Shown here: positions 9,167-18,622 of the stretch, piece by piece
How the letters are laid out: every line of letters begins with the position of its first letter
How positions within the stretch are numbered: the stretch's first letter is position 1
NCBI RefSeq assembly: GCF_037902255.1
Contig: NZ_CP147990.1
Span: 3,150,001-3,182,000, forward strand
Origin: Candidatus Electrothrix sp. GW3-4
GTDB taxonomy: Bacteria > Desulfobacterota > Desulfobulbia > Desulfobulbales > Desulfobulbaceae
DNA length: 32,000 nucleotides
Direction: 5' to 3'
Position numbers and translations under genes: made by a program
Notes under the pieces: model-generated
Seen by the model: only the letters and a program-made list of their open reading frames with translations
Databases searched by the model: none
What the model was told of the DNA's origin: nothing

Positions 9167-9361
9167 ATGGCGCGTAAATGTGAGATTTGTGGAAAAGGAC
9201 CGGTAACTGGCAATAATGTCAGCCATGCCCATAATAAAACGAAACGGCGTTGGTTGCCGAACCTGCAAAAGGTCAGAACAGTCACCGACAGCGGCCAAAC
9301 ATCCCGCTTGCTTGTATGCACTCGTTGCATTCGCTCTGGGGCTGTTGTCAAGCCTGCCTGA
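9167..9361 (+). CDS. rpmB: 50S ribosomal protein L28
   Basis: [34 protein letters not shown]... is the canonical L28 N-terminus. Length is 64 aa. Confidence 0.95.
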   Translation: MARKCEICGKGPVTGNNVSHAHNKTKRRWLPNLQKVRTVTDSGQTSRLLVCTRCIRSGAVVKPA

Positions 9362-9382
9362 GCTGTTTATCGGCCACCTTCA

Positions 9383-9419
9383 GGGGCGAGAAGATTTTCT
9401 TCTTCCGCCCCCTTTTTTT
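9383..9419 (+). terminator. Rho-independent terminator after rpmB
   Basis: An imperfect GC-rich stem, GGGGCGaGAAGA-tttt-CTTCTTCcGCCCC, is followed by CTTTTTTTG. Confidence 0.6.
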
Positions 9420-9508
9420 GTTAATAGCATATTGCTATAAAAGAGAAAAGCTTTGAACCACTTCTAGCAGTACGATAGATAGTACCTTTATAGGACAGGA
9501 GAAATATT

Positions 9509-9763
9509 GTGAGCAATGAAGAAGTTCATTTTCTTCCTTTTGACGAAGCTGTCAACATCGTGGGAGCAATTCAAGAAGAGGAAGATATTGACGACGCAAC
9601 CCATCGAATCTTTACAGTGTACTCCAAGGACGACAAGGAGCTCTGCTGGTTTGATTTCGAGGAGGTAGTACAAGATGTGCAACCTGTAAAAGGCGATAAG
9701 GGAAAAGAACAGGTAACGGAGTATATTTTACACCGTATACCGGACTGGGTCCTTGAGCTGTAA
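9509..9763 (+). CDS. Small acidic hypothetical protein (84 aa, GTG start)
   Basis: AGGAGA lies 6-7 nt upstream of the GTG at 9509. I recognise no family. The coding call rests only on ORF length, the RBS and the absence of competing genes. Confidence 0.45.
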   Translation: MSNEEVHFLPFDEAVNIVGAIQEEEDIDDATHRIFTVYSKDDKELCWFDFEEVVQDVQPVKGDKGKEQVTEYILHRIPDWVLEL

Positions 9764-9924
9764 TGCTCTTCGTTCGTCGCGAGAAACAAAATCTTTTCGT
9801 TCTCTCCCATTGTTTTTTCCTTTTTGCTGTTGCCTCCAGGTGGGCTCTTAGTATAGACTATACATAGTAGGATCTTTTCTTTTACAAAGATAGCTTGCCG
9901 TCAAATAATTCTCTCACGTATCTC

Positions 9925-10998
9925 ATGAAAAAGTTTGCATATTCAATGATTCCCAAAAGACTCCACTTCGTCATCACCGGTGAAGTTGGCGCTGGTTTGT
10001 CCTTTGTTGTTCGTCGGGATCATATAGCCCTCATCCTCGCTGTTACCCTCTCCACCCTGACCGCCTTGGCAGTGGGGACTTGGCTGGGGATGGGCTTTTT
10101 TCAAGAAAGAAATTCTCTCGCTCTCAAGACCACACTTCAGGCGGACGCCCTCAGAGAATTATCAGAAAATTTTGACCAGCACCTCAAAGAACAGCTTGCA
10201 GCACAAAAAAATGCGTGGCAGGCTAAAGAGGATGCCTATCACGCCGAGATACAAAATCTCAGAGAAGAGAAAGAGGAGGTCATCTGTCGCTATGAGGAGG
10301 AAATTGCCTCAGCCGACATATCAACTGCTGTAAAAATATCAGGTTTGCTTGCAGAGCTTGAGCAAGAAAAACAAGAAAAACAAGAGCTTCTTGAAAAAAC
10401 AGCCGTGCGCCTCGACGAACGCAGCCGAATGATTGAGTCGGTGATGAGCCGAATTGGTGTGGATGTAAAGGTCGGCAAGAAAAGTACAGCGAACAGCGGT
10501 GGTCCCTTCATTGCTATTGATGAAAAGTATAGCGAAAGCCTCTTAAACAGAAGCGACAAGTATATAAAAACTATACGAAAAATGCCGCTCGGATATCCCA
10601 TGCGAGGAAGAATAACAAGTGGTTTCGGTCGCCGTTCTGACCCAATTAATAGTCGCCCGGCATTTCATGCGGGTATTGATCTTAAGGGAAGGATAGGGCA
10701 AAACATTAAGGCCACCGCAGACGGTATAGTAACGCATTCTTCCTACGACAAAAATGGTTTTGGTAATTTTGTCATTCTGCGTCATGGCAACGGTTATGAA
10801 ACCGTGTTTGGACATATGAGTAAAAGGTTGGTCAAAAAGGGAGAGAGAATTCAACGTGGACAGGTGGTAGGCCTGATGGGAAACACCGGACGTTCTACGG
10901 GGCCTCATCTGCATTACGAGGTTCGTTACAAAGGAGAACCGATCAATCCAAAAAAATACCTGTCAGTAGCCAAACTATCATTTACCGTACCTGAATAA
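9925..10998 (+). CDS. Membrane-anchored M23 (LytM-type) peptidoglycan endopeptidase with a coiled-coil linker
   Basis: It has a TM helix (IALILAVTLSTLTALAVGTWLGMGFF) and a Glu/Gln/Lys-rich coiled coil. The C-terminal M23 domain carries HAGIDL (HxxxD) and GPHLHYEV (HxH) metal ligands. The start is uncertain: ATG 9925 is preferred and the track uses TTG 9895. Confidence 0.85.
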   Translation: MKKFAYSMIPKRLHFVITGEVGAGLSFVVRRDHIALILAVTLSTLTALAVGTWLGMGFFQERNSLALKTTLQADALRELSENFDQHLKEQLAAQKNAWQAKEDAYHAEIQNLREEKEEVICRYEEEIASADISTAVKISGLLAELEQEKQEKQELLEKTAVRLDERSRMIESVMSRIGVDVKVGKKSTANSGGPFIAIDEKYSESLLNRSDKYIKTIRKMPLGYPMRGRITSGFGRRSDPINSRPAFHAGIDLKGRIGQNIKATADGIVTHSSYDKNGFGNFVILRHGNGYETVFGHMSKRLVKKGERIQRGQVVGLMGNTGRSTGPHLHYEVRYKGEPINPKKYLSVAKLSFTVPE

Positions 10999-11023
10999 CA
11001 GGCGATGAGGAGACGTTGCACCG

Positions 11024-11500
11024 ATGGCCTTATTTAAGAAAGAAGAAAAAGTCGAGCCGATCAGAAATGAAATAAGTGCACCTCAGGAGAGAAGAACAGT
11101 GAAAAACGAGAAAGACCCCATAGCGAGCGTTCTTGCAAAGGAGATGACGATTACAGGCGAGATCAGCTTCAAAGGAAAAGCTCGCTTTGACGGAACGGTT
11201 GAGGGAGACATTAACGGAGAATATCTCATCCTCAGTGATACAGCTCGGGTGACGGGTAATATCACCGTAACCACCTTGGTCTGCCACGGAAAAGTTGAGG
11301 GAAATGTTATTGCAGAGGTCGTGACAGCCCATGCGACTTCGGAGATACACGGTATCCTGAAATCACAAAATCTCACTGTCGAATCTGGTGCCTCCCTTGA
11401 AGGCGAAATTCATGCCAGCTCTCGGAAACAGGGTGCAAACAATCCACCACCTAAAAAGACCGAAGCAAACGAATCCTCAGATAAAAGGACGAAAAAATAG
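11024..11500 (+). CDS. Bactofilin (polymer-forming cytoskeletal protein, DUF583 beta-helix) with a charged C-terminal tail
   Basis: The core has repetitive beta-helical turns: MTITGEISFKGKARFDGTVEGDINGEYLILSDTARVTGNITVTTLVCHGKVEGNVIAEVVTAHATSEIHGILKSQNLTVESGASLEGEI. GAGGAG lies upstream. Confidence 0.85.
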   Translation: MALFKKEEKVEPIRNEISAPQERRTVKNEKDPIASVLAKEMTITGEISFKGKARFDGTVEGDINGEYLILSDTARVTGNITVTTLVCHGKVEGNVIAEVVTAHATSEIHGILKSQNLTVESGASLEGEIHASSRKQGANNPPPKKTEANESSDKRTKK

Positions 11501-11538
11501 CAGAGCTTCCTGATCGACTCCTTTATATCCCTCCAATC

Positions 11539-11582
11539 AAGACGAAGGTACCTGCTTTGTAGGTTTACCATCGTCTTTTTTT
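11539..11582 (+). terminator. Rho-independent terminator after the bactofilin gene
   Basis: The stem AAGACGAAGGTA-(15-nt loop)-TACCATCGTCTT has one mismatch and is followed by TTTTTT. Confidence 0.65.
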
Positions 11583-11625
11583 ATGCAGTCCGCGCTGTTG
11601 CCCTCCTCCAAAATCTTGAGTAGCA

Positions 11626-12936
11626 ATGCCTCCTGAAAAAAAGGACAATATAACTCCCCAGCTCGTGTTTGACCGACAACATATCTGGCATCCCTATACC
11701 TCCATGGAGAGCCCGTTACCGGTCTACCCGGTCAAATCGGCAAGCGGCGTTCGCATCACCTTACAGGATGGGCGTGAACTTATCGATGGCATGTCCTCTT
11801 GGTGGGCAGCCATTCATGGGTATAACCATCCAACACTCAACGCTGCACTCTCGGCACAGGCAGGCAAGGTTGCCCATATTATGTTTGGTGGCCTCACCCA
11901 TGAACCAGCCATTGAACTCTGTCGCCTATTGCTCGAATTGACGCCAACCGGTCTGGACAAGGTCTTTCTCTGCGATTCAGGTTCGGTCTCCGTGGAAGTG
12001 GCCTTAAAAATGGCCCTTCAGTACCAGCAGGCCAGAGGGTTGAAGAGAAAAAGGCGTTTCCTTACTGTACGCGGTGGCTATCACGGCGATACCTTTCATG
12101 CCATGTCGGTCTGCGATCCGCTCACCGGGATGCATACGGTCTTTTCCGGGGCCCTGCCTGAGCAACTCTTTGCCCCTCGTCCACAATGCCGCTTCAGCAT
12201 GCTTGCCAAAGACTGGCAACAGGACGACATTGCCTCCATGAGCAAACTCCTGGCCGGGCATCACGAAGAAATCGCCGGGGTCATCCTGGAACCGATCGTC
12301 CAAGGGGCTGGCGGCATGTGGTTCTACCATCCTCAGTACCTCAGAGAGCTCCGTGGACTCTGTGATCGTTATGATGTCCTCTTGCTCTTTGACGAAATTG
12401 CCACCGGTTTTGGGCGAACAGGGAAACTCTTTGCAGCAGAACATGCCGGGGTCAGCCCGGATATCTGCTGCCTGGGCAAGGCCCTCACGGGAGGCTATAT
12501 GACCTTGGCCGCCACCCTTTGTTCAGAGCAGATCGCCCAGGGGATTTCCCATGGCACGCCTGGCCTGTTCATGCACGGCCCCACCTTTATGGGCAATCCC
12601 CTGGCCTGCGCGGTTGCAGTGGCCTCAATCAAGCTGCTGTTGGCAACCAATTGGCAGAAAAGAGTAGAGGCCCTTGAACAACAACTCAGGCAGGAACTTG
12701 AACCGGCAAGAAGCTCGGAAGCAGTGGCCGATGTCCGGGTCCTTGGCGCCATCGGGGTCCTGGAGATGAAACAGCCAGTTGATATGGAGATTTTGCAAAG
12801 ATTCTTTATTGATCAAGGGGTCTGGGTTCGTCCCTTTAATAAATTGATCTATCTGATGCCCCCCTATACGATCAGCAGCGAGGACCTGAGCAGACTCACC
12901 AGGGCAGTGCGTAAAGCAGTTGATCTGGCCAAATAA
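11626..12936 (+). CDS. bioA: Adenosylmethionine-8-amino-7-oxononanoate aminotransferase
   Basis: [44 protein letters not shown] and LGKALTGGY (PLP Lys) are the BioA class-III aminotransferase signature. Length is 436 aa. Confidence 0.9.
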   Translation: MPPEKKDNITPQLVFDRQHIWHPYTSMESPLPVYPVKSASGVRITLQDGRELIDGMSSWWAAIHGYNHPTLNAALSAQAGKVAHIMFGGLTHEPAIELCRLLLELTPTGLDKVFLCDSGSVSVEVALKMALQYQQARGLKRKRRFLTVRGGYHGDTFHAMSVCDPLTGMHTVFSGALPEQLFAPRPQCRFSMLAKDWQQDDIASMSKLLAGHHEEIAGVILEPIVQGAGGMWFYHPQYLRELRGLCDRYDVLLLFDEIATGFGRTGKLFAAEHAGVSPDICCLGKALTGGYMTLAATLCSEQIAQGISHGTPGLFMHGPTFMGNPLACAVAVASIKLLLATNWQKRVEALEQQLRQELEPARSSEAVADVRVLGAIGVLEMKQPVDMEILQRFFIDQGVWVRPFNKLIYLMPPYTISSEDLSRLTRAVRKAVDLAK

Positions 12937-12974
12937 CAGGATGGTCACGGTAGTCTATCAAAGCTATAAGGCTG

Positions 12975-13901
12975 TCAGCTCTTACCGTAATGTCCCTCCA
13001 CGGTTTGCACCAGTCGTACCAAGGTCTGATTCACTGGCACAGCCATCTCCACCTCCTGGGCCTTGCGAAGAATATAACCGTTAATGGCATCTATTTCTGT
13101 GGGACGCTGTCCATCAACATCCTGCCCCATGGAGGAACGATTGGAGGCCGTGGCCCGGGCCACCTGCGCAACATGCTCCAAAATAGCAGGAGGCACCGCA
13201 ATGGAATGCGCCTCAGCAACAGCGACGGCCTCAGCAACAACATCCTCCATCAATAAGCTCGTCGCCTGTTGGTCAAGCAGTTGCCCATTGCGCAGGCCTG
13301 TCAGGGCAGTAAGGGCATTGATCCCCACATTGACGAAGAGCTTATGCCAGAGAACAGGCGCAATATCATCAACAGCCCGACAGCTGATCCCTGCTGCTGA
13401 AAAGACCTCAGCCACCTCTGCTGCTCGTGCTATGGCACCTCTTCCCGGCCGCCACAAGCCAAGAACCGTCTCCCCTACGCCCGAATGCTGAATCCTCCCC
13501 AGGCCCAGGACCATGGCCCCCTGCGCCGTTGTGCCGCAGAGCACCCGCTCCTCTCCAAGGATGTCAGCAATAATCTCGGCATTGCCCATACCGTTCTGGA
13601 GGGTCAGGGCATAGCCCGTCTTTTCCAATAAACGAGCAGCCGTGCGGGCAGCTGCCTCGGTCTGGGCATGTTTCACAAAGATCAGGGCGAGATCTGTCGC
13701 GGCGATTGCCGCTGGGTCAGTCACTGCTCGGACCCTGACCACCCTTTCCTGGCCGTGATGATGGATAATGAGCCCTTGTTCGTTCAGGGACCTGACCTGT
13801 TCTTCATGGACATCCAGCAGCTGGACATCCATGCCGTGTTCACTGAGGAGTCCACCAAACAGGCAGCCCATAGCACCGGCACCAATAATTGTTATTTTCA
13901 T
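12975..13901 (-). CDS. panE: 2-dehydropantoate 2-reductase (ketopantoate reductase, ApbA/PanE family)
   Basis: It has the N-terminal Rossmann motif MKITIIGAGAMGCLFGGLL. Its 308 aa and the central NGMGN and C-terminal SSMGQD-type motifs are typical of the family. Confidence 0.8.
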   Translation of the reverse strand: MKITIIGAGAMGCLFGGLLSEHGMDVQLLDVHEEQVRSLNEQGLIIHHHGQERVVRVRAVTDPAAIAATDLALIFVKHAQTEAAARTAARLLEKTGYALTLQNGMGNAEIIADILGEERVLCGTTAQGAMVLGLGRIQHSGVGETVLGLWRPGRGAIARAAEVAEVFSAAGISCRAVDDIAPVLWHKLFVNVGINALTALTGLRNGQLLDQQATSLLMEDVVAEAVAVAEAHSIAVPPAILEHVAQVARATASNRSSMGQDVDGQRPTEIDAINGYILRKAQEVEMAVPVNQTLVRLVQTVEGHYGKS

Positions 13902-14176
13902 GAGTTATTGCATTCTGAGATGTACCTTACTCCGCAGCCTGGCGGCCAGAAGAGAATGGAAGGAAAATCCATCCCCCGCCCTCACAGGATCAAAGCTCTC
14001 TTTGAACTCACGGGTTATAGTAAGCAGCATCATTCTATCTTGGGTCGCCGCAGCAGCAACTGCAAATTTGATTGACAAGAGAAAAAAGAGAAGTAAAGTT
14101 ATTATGAGCTATAGTCCTGTTTCTGCATTGCAGGAGAGGCCTTTTTATTCAAAAAAGAATATCCCAGAGGATAATA

Positions 14177-15124
14177 ATGAAAATCAGATCCATCCTTGCA
14201 GAGCTCCTGCTGTTCTCGGCAAGTTGTCTTGTTCCGATGGCCCAGGCAGCAACGTATACCAACTCCATTGGCATGGAGTTGCAAAACATTGCCCCGGGCA
14301 GCTTCTTCATGGGCAGTTGTCTGTACAGCAGGGCAGATAAGGAACGCGACAATCAACTGGAAGAGCAAGGGCTCGCCCCTCAGGGTCCCACCTGTCCGGC
14401 CCAGGTCCCGGAGGATAAACATGCCCTGGAGGAAGAGGCCCCTCAACATGAGGTGCATATCAGCAAGGGTTTTCAAATAGGTGTCTATGAAGTCACCCTG
14501 GGCCAATTTAAGCGGTTTCTGGCCACCCTTAATGAGGAGGAACGAGGCAAGAGAACAACGGAAGCCTTTAAAAATGCTAATATCCATGGTGACGAGGCAG
14601 CAGTTGTCGCCGTCTCCTGGGAAGATGCCCAGGCCTTTATCGCCTGGCTCAATCAAAAAGAAGGCGGGGAGAACTACCGCCTCCCCACAGAGGCAGAATG
14701 GGAATATGCTGCCCGTGCTGGCAGCAAAACAAGATATTTTTGGGGCGACACCCTGGAGAAGGCCTCTGAATATGCCTGGTTCAATATGGAACATGCAGAC
14801 CTGAGGATCTGGTTCCCAGAAGGCACCTTCAATAAAAAGGAAAACTTCCCCCATCCTGTCGGTCTGAAGAAGGCCAATAGCTGGGGACTCTATGACATGG
14901 CTGGTAATGTCTGGGAATGGGTCAATGACCGCTACAGTACAACCTATTATCAGAACAGCCCCAAGCAGGACCCCACTGGACCCGAAAAGGGAACAGCACG
15001 CTGTTTTCGCGGTGGAAGCTGGTACGGCTCAGCAAGAAGCCTCCGCTCTGCCTATCGTGGCCTGAATATTCCTACCCATCGCAGCGACTCCCTGGGGTTC
15101 CGGGTCGTTCGGGAGATCCGCTAG
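14177..15124 (+). CDS. Secreted formylglycine-generating-enzyme (SUMF1/FGE-sulfatase) domain protein
   Basis: It has a signal peptide (MKIRSILAELLLFSASCLVPMAQA) plus YRLPTEAEWEYAARAG, GNVWEWVND, RGGSW and GFRVVR motifs. Confidence 0.85.
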   Translation: MKIRSILAELLLFSASCLVPMAQAATYTNSIGMELQNIAPGSFFMGSCLYSRADKERDNQLEEQGLAPQGPTCPAQVPEDKHALEEEAPQHEVHISKGFQIGVYEVTLGQFKRFLATLNEEERGKRTTEAFKNANIHGDEAAVVAVSWEDAQAFIAWLNQKEGGENYRLPTEAEWEYAARAGSKTRYFWGDTLEKASEYAWFNMEHADLRIWFPEGTFNKKENFPHPVGLKKANSWGLYDMAGNVWEWVNDRYSTTYYQNSPKQDPTGPEKGTARCFRGGSWYGSARSLRSAYRGLNIPTHRSDSLGFRVVREIR

Positions 15125-15612
15125 GCCTGCTCCCTCCCCTTTCTCCGCTGATAGGTACAGATCCTATAAGGAACCGGCTCTGTGACCTCTTCTGTCTGGA
15201 TCAGGGCAAAGGGCGGACAGGAGAAGGCCGGGAAAAAGACATCCCCTGCCACCTCCTGCCCAAGCTCGGTGAGGATCAAGGTATCTGCCCGTTCCAAGGC
15301 CAGCTGATAGAGCTGGGCCCCACCGATGACAAAGACCCGTTCCGCGCCCGCTGTCAGGGCAAGGCCCTGCTCCAGGGAATGGACCACCTTGGCACCAGGG
15401 GCCTGAAAGGCAGAATTTCTGGTAACAACGATATTCTGTCGTCCGGGCAAGGGCTGGCCAAGGGACTCCCAGGTCTTGCGCCCCATGAGCAGGCTATGGC
15501 CCATGGTGGTCTCCTTAAAGCGGGTCTGCTCCCCTGGGATATCCCAGGGGATGGTATTGCCCCGCCCGATGACCCGATTGGCAGCCATAGCGGCAATGAG
15601 GATAAGCTCCAT
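15121..15612 (-). CDS. folA: Dihydrofolate reductase
   Basis: LILIAAMAANRVIGRGNTIPWDIPGEQTRFKETTMGHSLLMGRKTWESLG and VIGGAQLY are classic FolA motifs. Length is 163 aa. Confidence 0.9.
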   Translation of the reverse strand: MELILIAAMAANRVIGRGNTIPWDIPGEQTRFKETTMGHSLLMGRKTWESLGQPLPGRQNIVVTRNSAFQAPGAKVVHSLEQGLALTAGAERVFVIGGAQLYQLALERADTLILTELGQEVAGDVFFPAFSCPPFALIQTEEVTEPVPYRICTYQRRKGREQA

Positions 15613-15614
15613 GC

Positions 15615-16688
15615 TTATTTCCCGTCCTTGGCCGCCTCTGCCTCCTGGGGAGGCACCACCTCCTCAACCGCGCCCTGTACTGGCAGGCCAAAGCCTAACC
15701 GGACCTTACGGTCGATCTCCATGAGCATGTCAGGATGTTCCTTGAGAAAGGTCTTGGCATTCTCCCGGCCCTGGCCGATGCGCTCATCATTATAGGAATA
15801 CCAGGCCCCACTCTTATCAATGATCTCCTGTTCCACCCCGAGGTCCAAGAGGTCACCGGTCCGGGAGATCCCTTCACCATAGATAATGTCAAATTCAGAG
15901 ATCTTAAAGGGCGGAGCCACCTTATTCTTGACCACCTTGACCTTGGTCCGGTTGCCGATGACCTCCTGCCCATCCTTGATCTGGGTCATGCGGCGGATAT
16001 CGATACGAATGGAGCTATAAAACTTCAAGGCGTTGCCACCGGTGGTGGTCTCGGGGTTACCAAACATCACCCCGATCTTCATCCGGATCTGGTTGATAAA
16101 GATCAGCACCGTATTGGTCCGCTGGAGTACACTGGTGAACTTGCGCATGGCATGGGACATCAGGCGGGCCTGGAGCCCCACATGCTGGTCTCCCACATTA
16201 CCGTCGATCTCCGCCCTCGGGACCAGGGCGGCCACCGAATCCACCACAATAACGTCCAGCCCACCACTGCGCATCAGGAGCTCGCAGATCTCCAGGGCCT
16301 GCTCACCAAAATCCGGCTGGGAGACCAGCAGATTATCCACGTCCACCCCCAGTCGTTCGGCATAGTCGATGTCCAGGGCGTGTTCCGCATCAATAAAGGC
16401 GGCATTGCCCCCTGCCCGCTGGGCCTCAGCGATGACGTGCAGGGCCAGGGTGGTCTTACCCGAGGACTCCGGGCCATAGATCTCTGTCATCCGGCCTCTG
16501 GGCAAGCCACCCACACCCAGGGCGATGTCAATCCCCAGGGTGCCGGTGGAAATAGCTGGGATGTTTTCCCGCTCATGCTCACCAAGGCGCATAATCGCCC
16601 CTTTGCCGAACTGCCGCTCTATCTGGCTGATGGCGTTATCAACACTCTTCCGTCTGCCCTCTGCTTGTTTATCCTGTGCCGCTGCCAT
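15615..16688 (-). CDS. recA: Recombinase RecA
   Basis: The N-terminal-region motif is [14 protein letters not shown] and the Walker A is [12 protein letters not shown]. The L1/L2 loops and the [28 protein letters not shown] motif are unmistakable. Confidence 0.98.
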   Translation of the reverse strand: MAAAQDKQAEGRRKSVDNAISQIERQFGKGAIMRLGEHERENIPAISTGTLGIDIALGVGGLPRGRMTEIYGPESSGKTTLALHVIAEAQRAGGNAAFIDAEHALDIDYAERLGVDVDNLLVSQPDFGEQALEICELLMRSGGLDVIVVDSVAALVPRAEIDGNVGDQHVGLQARLMSHAMRKFTSVLQRTNTVLIFINQIRMKIGVMFGNPETTTGGNALKFYSSIRIDIRRMTQIKDGQEVIGNRTKVKVVKNKVAPPFKISEFDIIYGEGISRTGDLLDLGVEQEIIDKSGAWYSYNDERIGQGRENAKTFLKEHPDMLMEIDRKVRLGFGLPVQGAVEEVVPPQEAEAAKDGK

Positions 16689-16840
16689 GAATATTCTCCT
16701 TACTTATTCGTCGAGACGTACAATTGCTCCGTCCGCTTCTCGCTGTTTCAATCCCGCTCTTCTTGCCGATGCCCTTTTTTCGCTTCTAAAGGAGGAACCT
16801 CCTCCCTTTGCTCTGCTTGAACCGCTCCCGGAAGAGCTTC

Positions 16841-16970
16841 GACCATACCTTAGGTATGCTTCTACCATACTTTGAGTATGCTTCAACCGCTCAGGGGATA
16901 GGTTCTACCATACCCTGGGTATGCTTCGCCCTATCTCTTGATATGGTTCTTCCTCTCCCAGGTGTGCTTC
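16841..16970. promoter_or_regulatory. Array of 22-bp repeats, each containing the palindrome CATAC-N5-GTATG, in the cinA-recA spacer
   Basis: The three clear units are gACCATACcttagGTATGCTTC (16841-16862), tACCATACtttgaGTATGCTTC (16863-16884) and tACCATACcctggGTATGCTTC (16906-16927). A degenerate fourth unit is GGTTCTtcctctcccaggtGTGCTTC (16945-16970). Confidence 0.6.
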
Positions 16971-17065
16971 CACCCCTCTCTGGAGGGCCTTATCCTCTCC
17001 CGAAGGCGATCCAACCTCCTCCTCAAGAGATCCTTGGTTAGCGAGGCAGGAGACTGAGCCCATTC

Positions 17066-18304
17066 TTAAAGGGCATCCGCTAATAAGACCCGTCGTATCG
17101 TATCCAAGGCGGTCTGGGCCGTCAACTCCTGGATCTCCTTCCGGCCCCCGGAGAAATGATGCAGGGTCTCCTTCACCTTGTTCTTATAAAAAAGGCCGAT
17201 ATATACCGTACCCACCGGTTTTTCTTTGCTACCGCCACCGGGTCCGGCAATGCCGGTAATAGAAAGAGAGACCTTGGTGCCCACCCGAGCGGCAAGCCGG
17301 GCCGCCATGGCCCTGGCCACCTGCTCACTAACGGCCCCATAATTACGTAAGAGGTCTTGATCCACATTGAGCAAAACCTCTTTGAGGTGATTGGAATAGG
17401 CCACCACCCCGCCAGCAAACCACTCCGAACTGCCCGGAACCATGGTCAGCTGCGAACTGATCAAGCCACCGGTACAGGATTCCGCAAGGGAGAGCATCAG
17501 CCGCCTTTGCCGGAGCAGATTACCCACCACTTCGGCTAAGGTCTCCTGGTCTGTCCCGTAAATATGGTCCCCTAAGGCCTCCTGGATCCGCTCTTCAGCA
17601 TCGTTGAACAGGACATCCCCTTGCTCTGCGCTGCTGCCTGCAACGCTCAGGCTCACATGCACTTCAAAATCCACTGGATAATAGCCCACCGCCACCTGTT
17701 TTTCCTGCTCCAAGGGCATGAGACGCTTATTGATCTCATGTTCCGGCAGACCCACGGTCTTGTAGAGGCGCATTCGCTGATATTTATTACAGCCACTCCA
17801 GCCTGCTAAGCGGGGCAGAACGATATCCACCAGCAGTTTTTGCGCCTGCACCGGCACCCCAGGCAGAAAAAAGATGGGAATATCATCATGGACGAGCAGA
17901 TGACCAGCCATGCGTTCCTCGGCACTCAGGACCTCGGCCCCTTCCGGTAGCCAGGCCAGCTTTTCCAGGGCGTCAAGCTGCCCATCCGGGTCTTGCAACT
18001 GGGAACGGATCTTTTCCAGGATGGCCTCGTTCAGGGTGGCAGGCCGTTGCAGGGCCTCGGCCACGGCCTCATTGGTCAGGTCATCGGTGGTTGGCCCCAG
18101 CCCGCCCGTAACAATGAGAAAATCCACCCGCCGGATCGCCCGCTTCAGGGCCTCGCCGATCAGCTTGGGCGTATCTCCGATGGTGTGCATGGCATAGATC
18201 TCATGACCGGCCTGGAAAAGCTCTCTGGCGATAAAGGCACTGGTGGTATTGGTTATCCGGCCCGAGGTCAGCTCGTCACCGATGGCTATAATTTCTCCGA
18301 TCAT
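17066..18304 (-). CDS. cinA: CinA-family competence/damage-inducible protein (MoCF-binding domain plus C-terminal PncC-type NMN deamidase domain)
   Basis: It has MIGEIIAIGDELTSGRITNT, VTGGLGPTTDDLT and the C-terminal LSLAESCTGGLISSQLT...SITGIAGPGGG. The start is taken at the ATG 18304. The ORF track's GTG at 18319 adds 5 aa. Confidence 0.9.
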   Translation of the reverse strand: MIGEIIAIGDELTSGRITNTTSAFIARELFQAGHEIYAMHTIGDTPKLIGEALKRAIRRVDFLIVTGGLGPTTDDLTNEAVAEALQRPATLNEAILEKIRSQLQDPDGQLDALEKLAWLPEGAEVLSAEERMAGHLLVHDDIPIFFLPGVPVQAQKLLVDIVLPRLAGWSGCNKYQRMRLYKTVGLPEHEINKRLMPLEQEKQVAVGYYPVDFEVHVSLSVAGSSAEQGDVLFNDAEERIQEALGDHIYGTDQETLAEVVGNLLRQRRLMLSLAESCTGGLISSQLTMVPGSSEWFAGGVVAYSNHLKEVLLNVDQDLLRNYGAVSEQVARAMAARLAARVGTKVSLSITGIAGPGGGSKEKPVGTVYIGLFYKNKVKETLHHFSGGRKEIQELTAQTALDTIRRVLLADAL

Positions 18305-18622
18305 TGTCTTACATAGCACGTCATCATTCTCAATTGAGTCGCTCCTTGTCAGAGAGAGGGCTCAACCTGGGGTGATTTATGAAAATACCTGGCAAGCATA
18401 AAGAAACAGGCCCTGAAACTTGACGATATAATGCTTCGTTCCTTCTCAGGCCTGCGCAACGCCTGGCAACACAGTGGCTGAGAGAAAAAAAAGGGGGCTA
18501 GATGACTGGTCGTCAGTTCTCACACAGGCAAATATGCTTGAAAGGTTTGCATCCTGCCTACTCTATCATAAACAGGAGGAAAAGGGAAACACCAGAGTGG
18601 CACTTGGAGGGGGATATATGGC

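Noticed and set aside
14102-14854. A 250-aa minus-strand ORF opposite the FGE-family gene. Similar long antisense ORFs are 18692..19453, 20204..20833, 21314..21940, 5425..6006 and 12004..12444.
   Set aside because: Each is fully embedded in a gene with strong family motifs on the other strand. Their translations have no motifs and odd composition, so they are treated as shadow ORFs.
15735-16820. A 361-aa ORF on the plus strand covering the whole of recA in antisense.
   Set aside because: recA on the minus strand is unambiguous. The antisense product is low-complexity (Gly/Pro/Leu/His-rich) with no recognisable motifs and no RBS. Long stop-free antisense frames are a known by-product of codon bias in highly expressed genes.
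16704-16886. A 60-aa Arg/Ser/Gly-rich ORF in the cinA-recA spacer.
   Set aside because: It has low-complexity composition, spans the 22-bp repeat array, and shows no RBS. The region is better explained as regulatory or structural DNA.
16841-16927. Whether the repeat arrays at 16841-16927, 1209-1256 or 27838-28002 could be a CRISPR array.
   Set aside because: The units are adjacent or separated by a single short spacer. They do not show regular alternation of ~30-bp repeats with unique spacers, and no cas genes are present.
18464-18479. A sigma54-like element TGGCAA-cacag-TGGCT (GG-N10-GC) on the plus strand.
   Set aside because: There is no plausible plus-strand gene downstream. Only short ORFs overlap the 3' end of the YihY gene, and the -12 region deviates from TTGCW.
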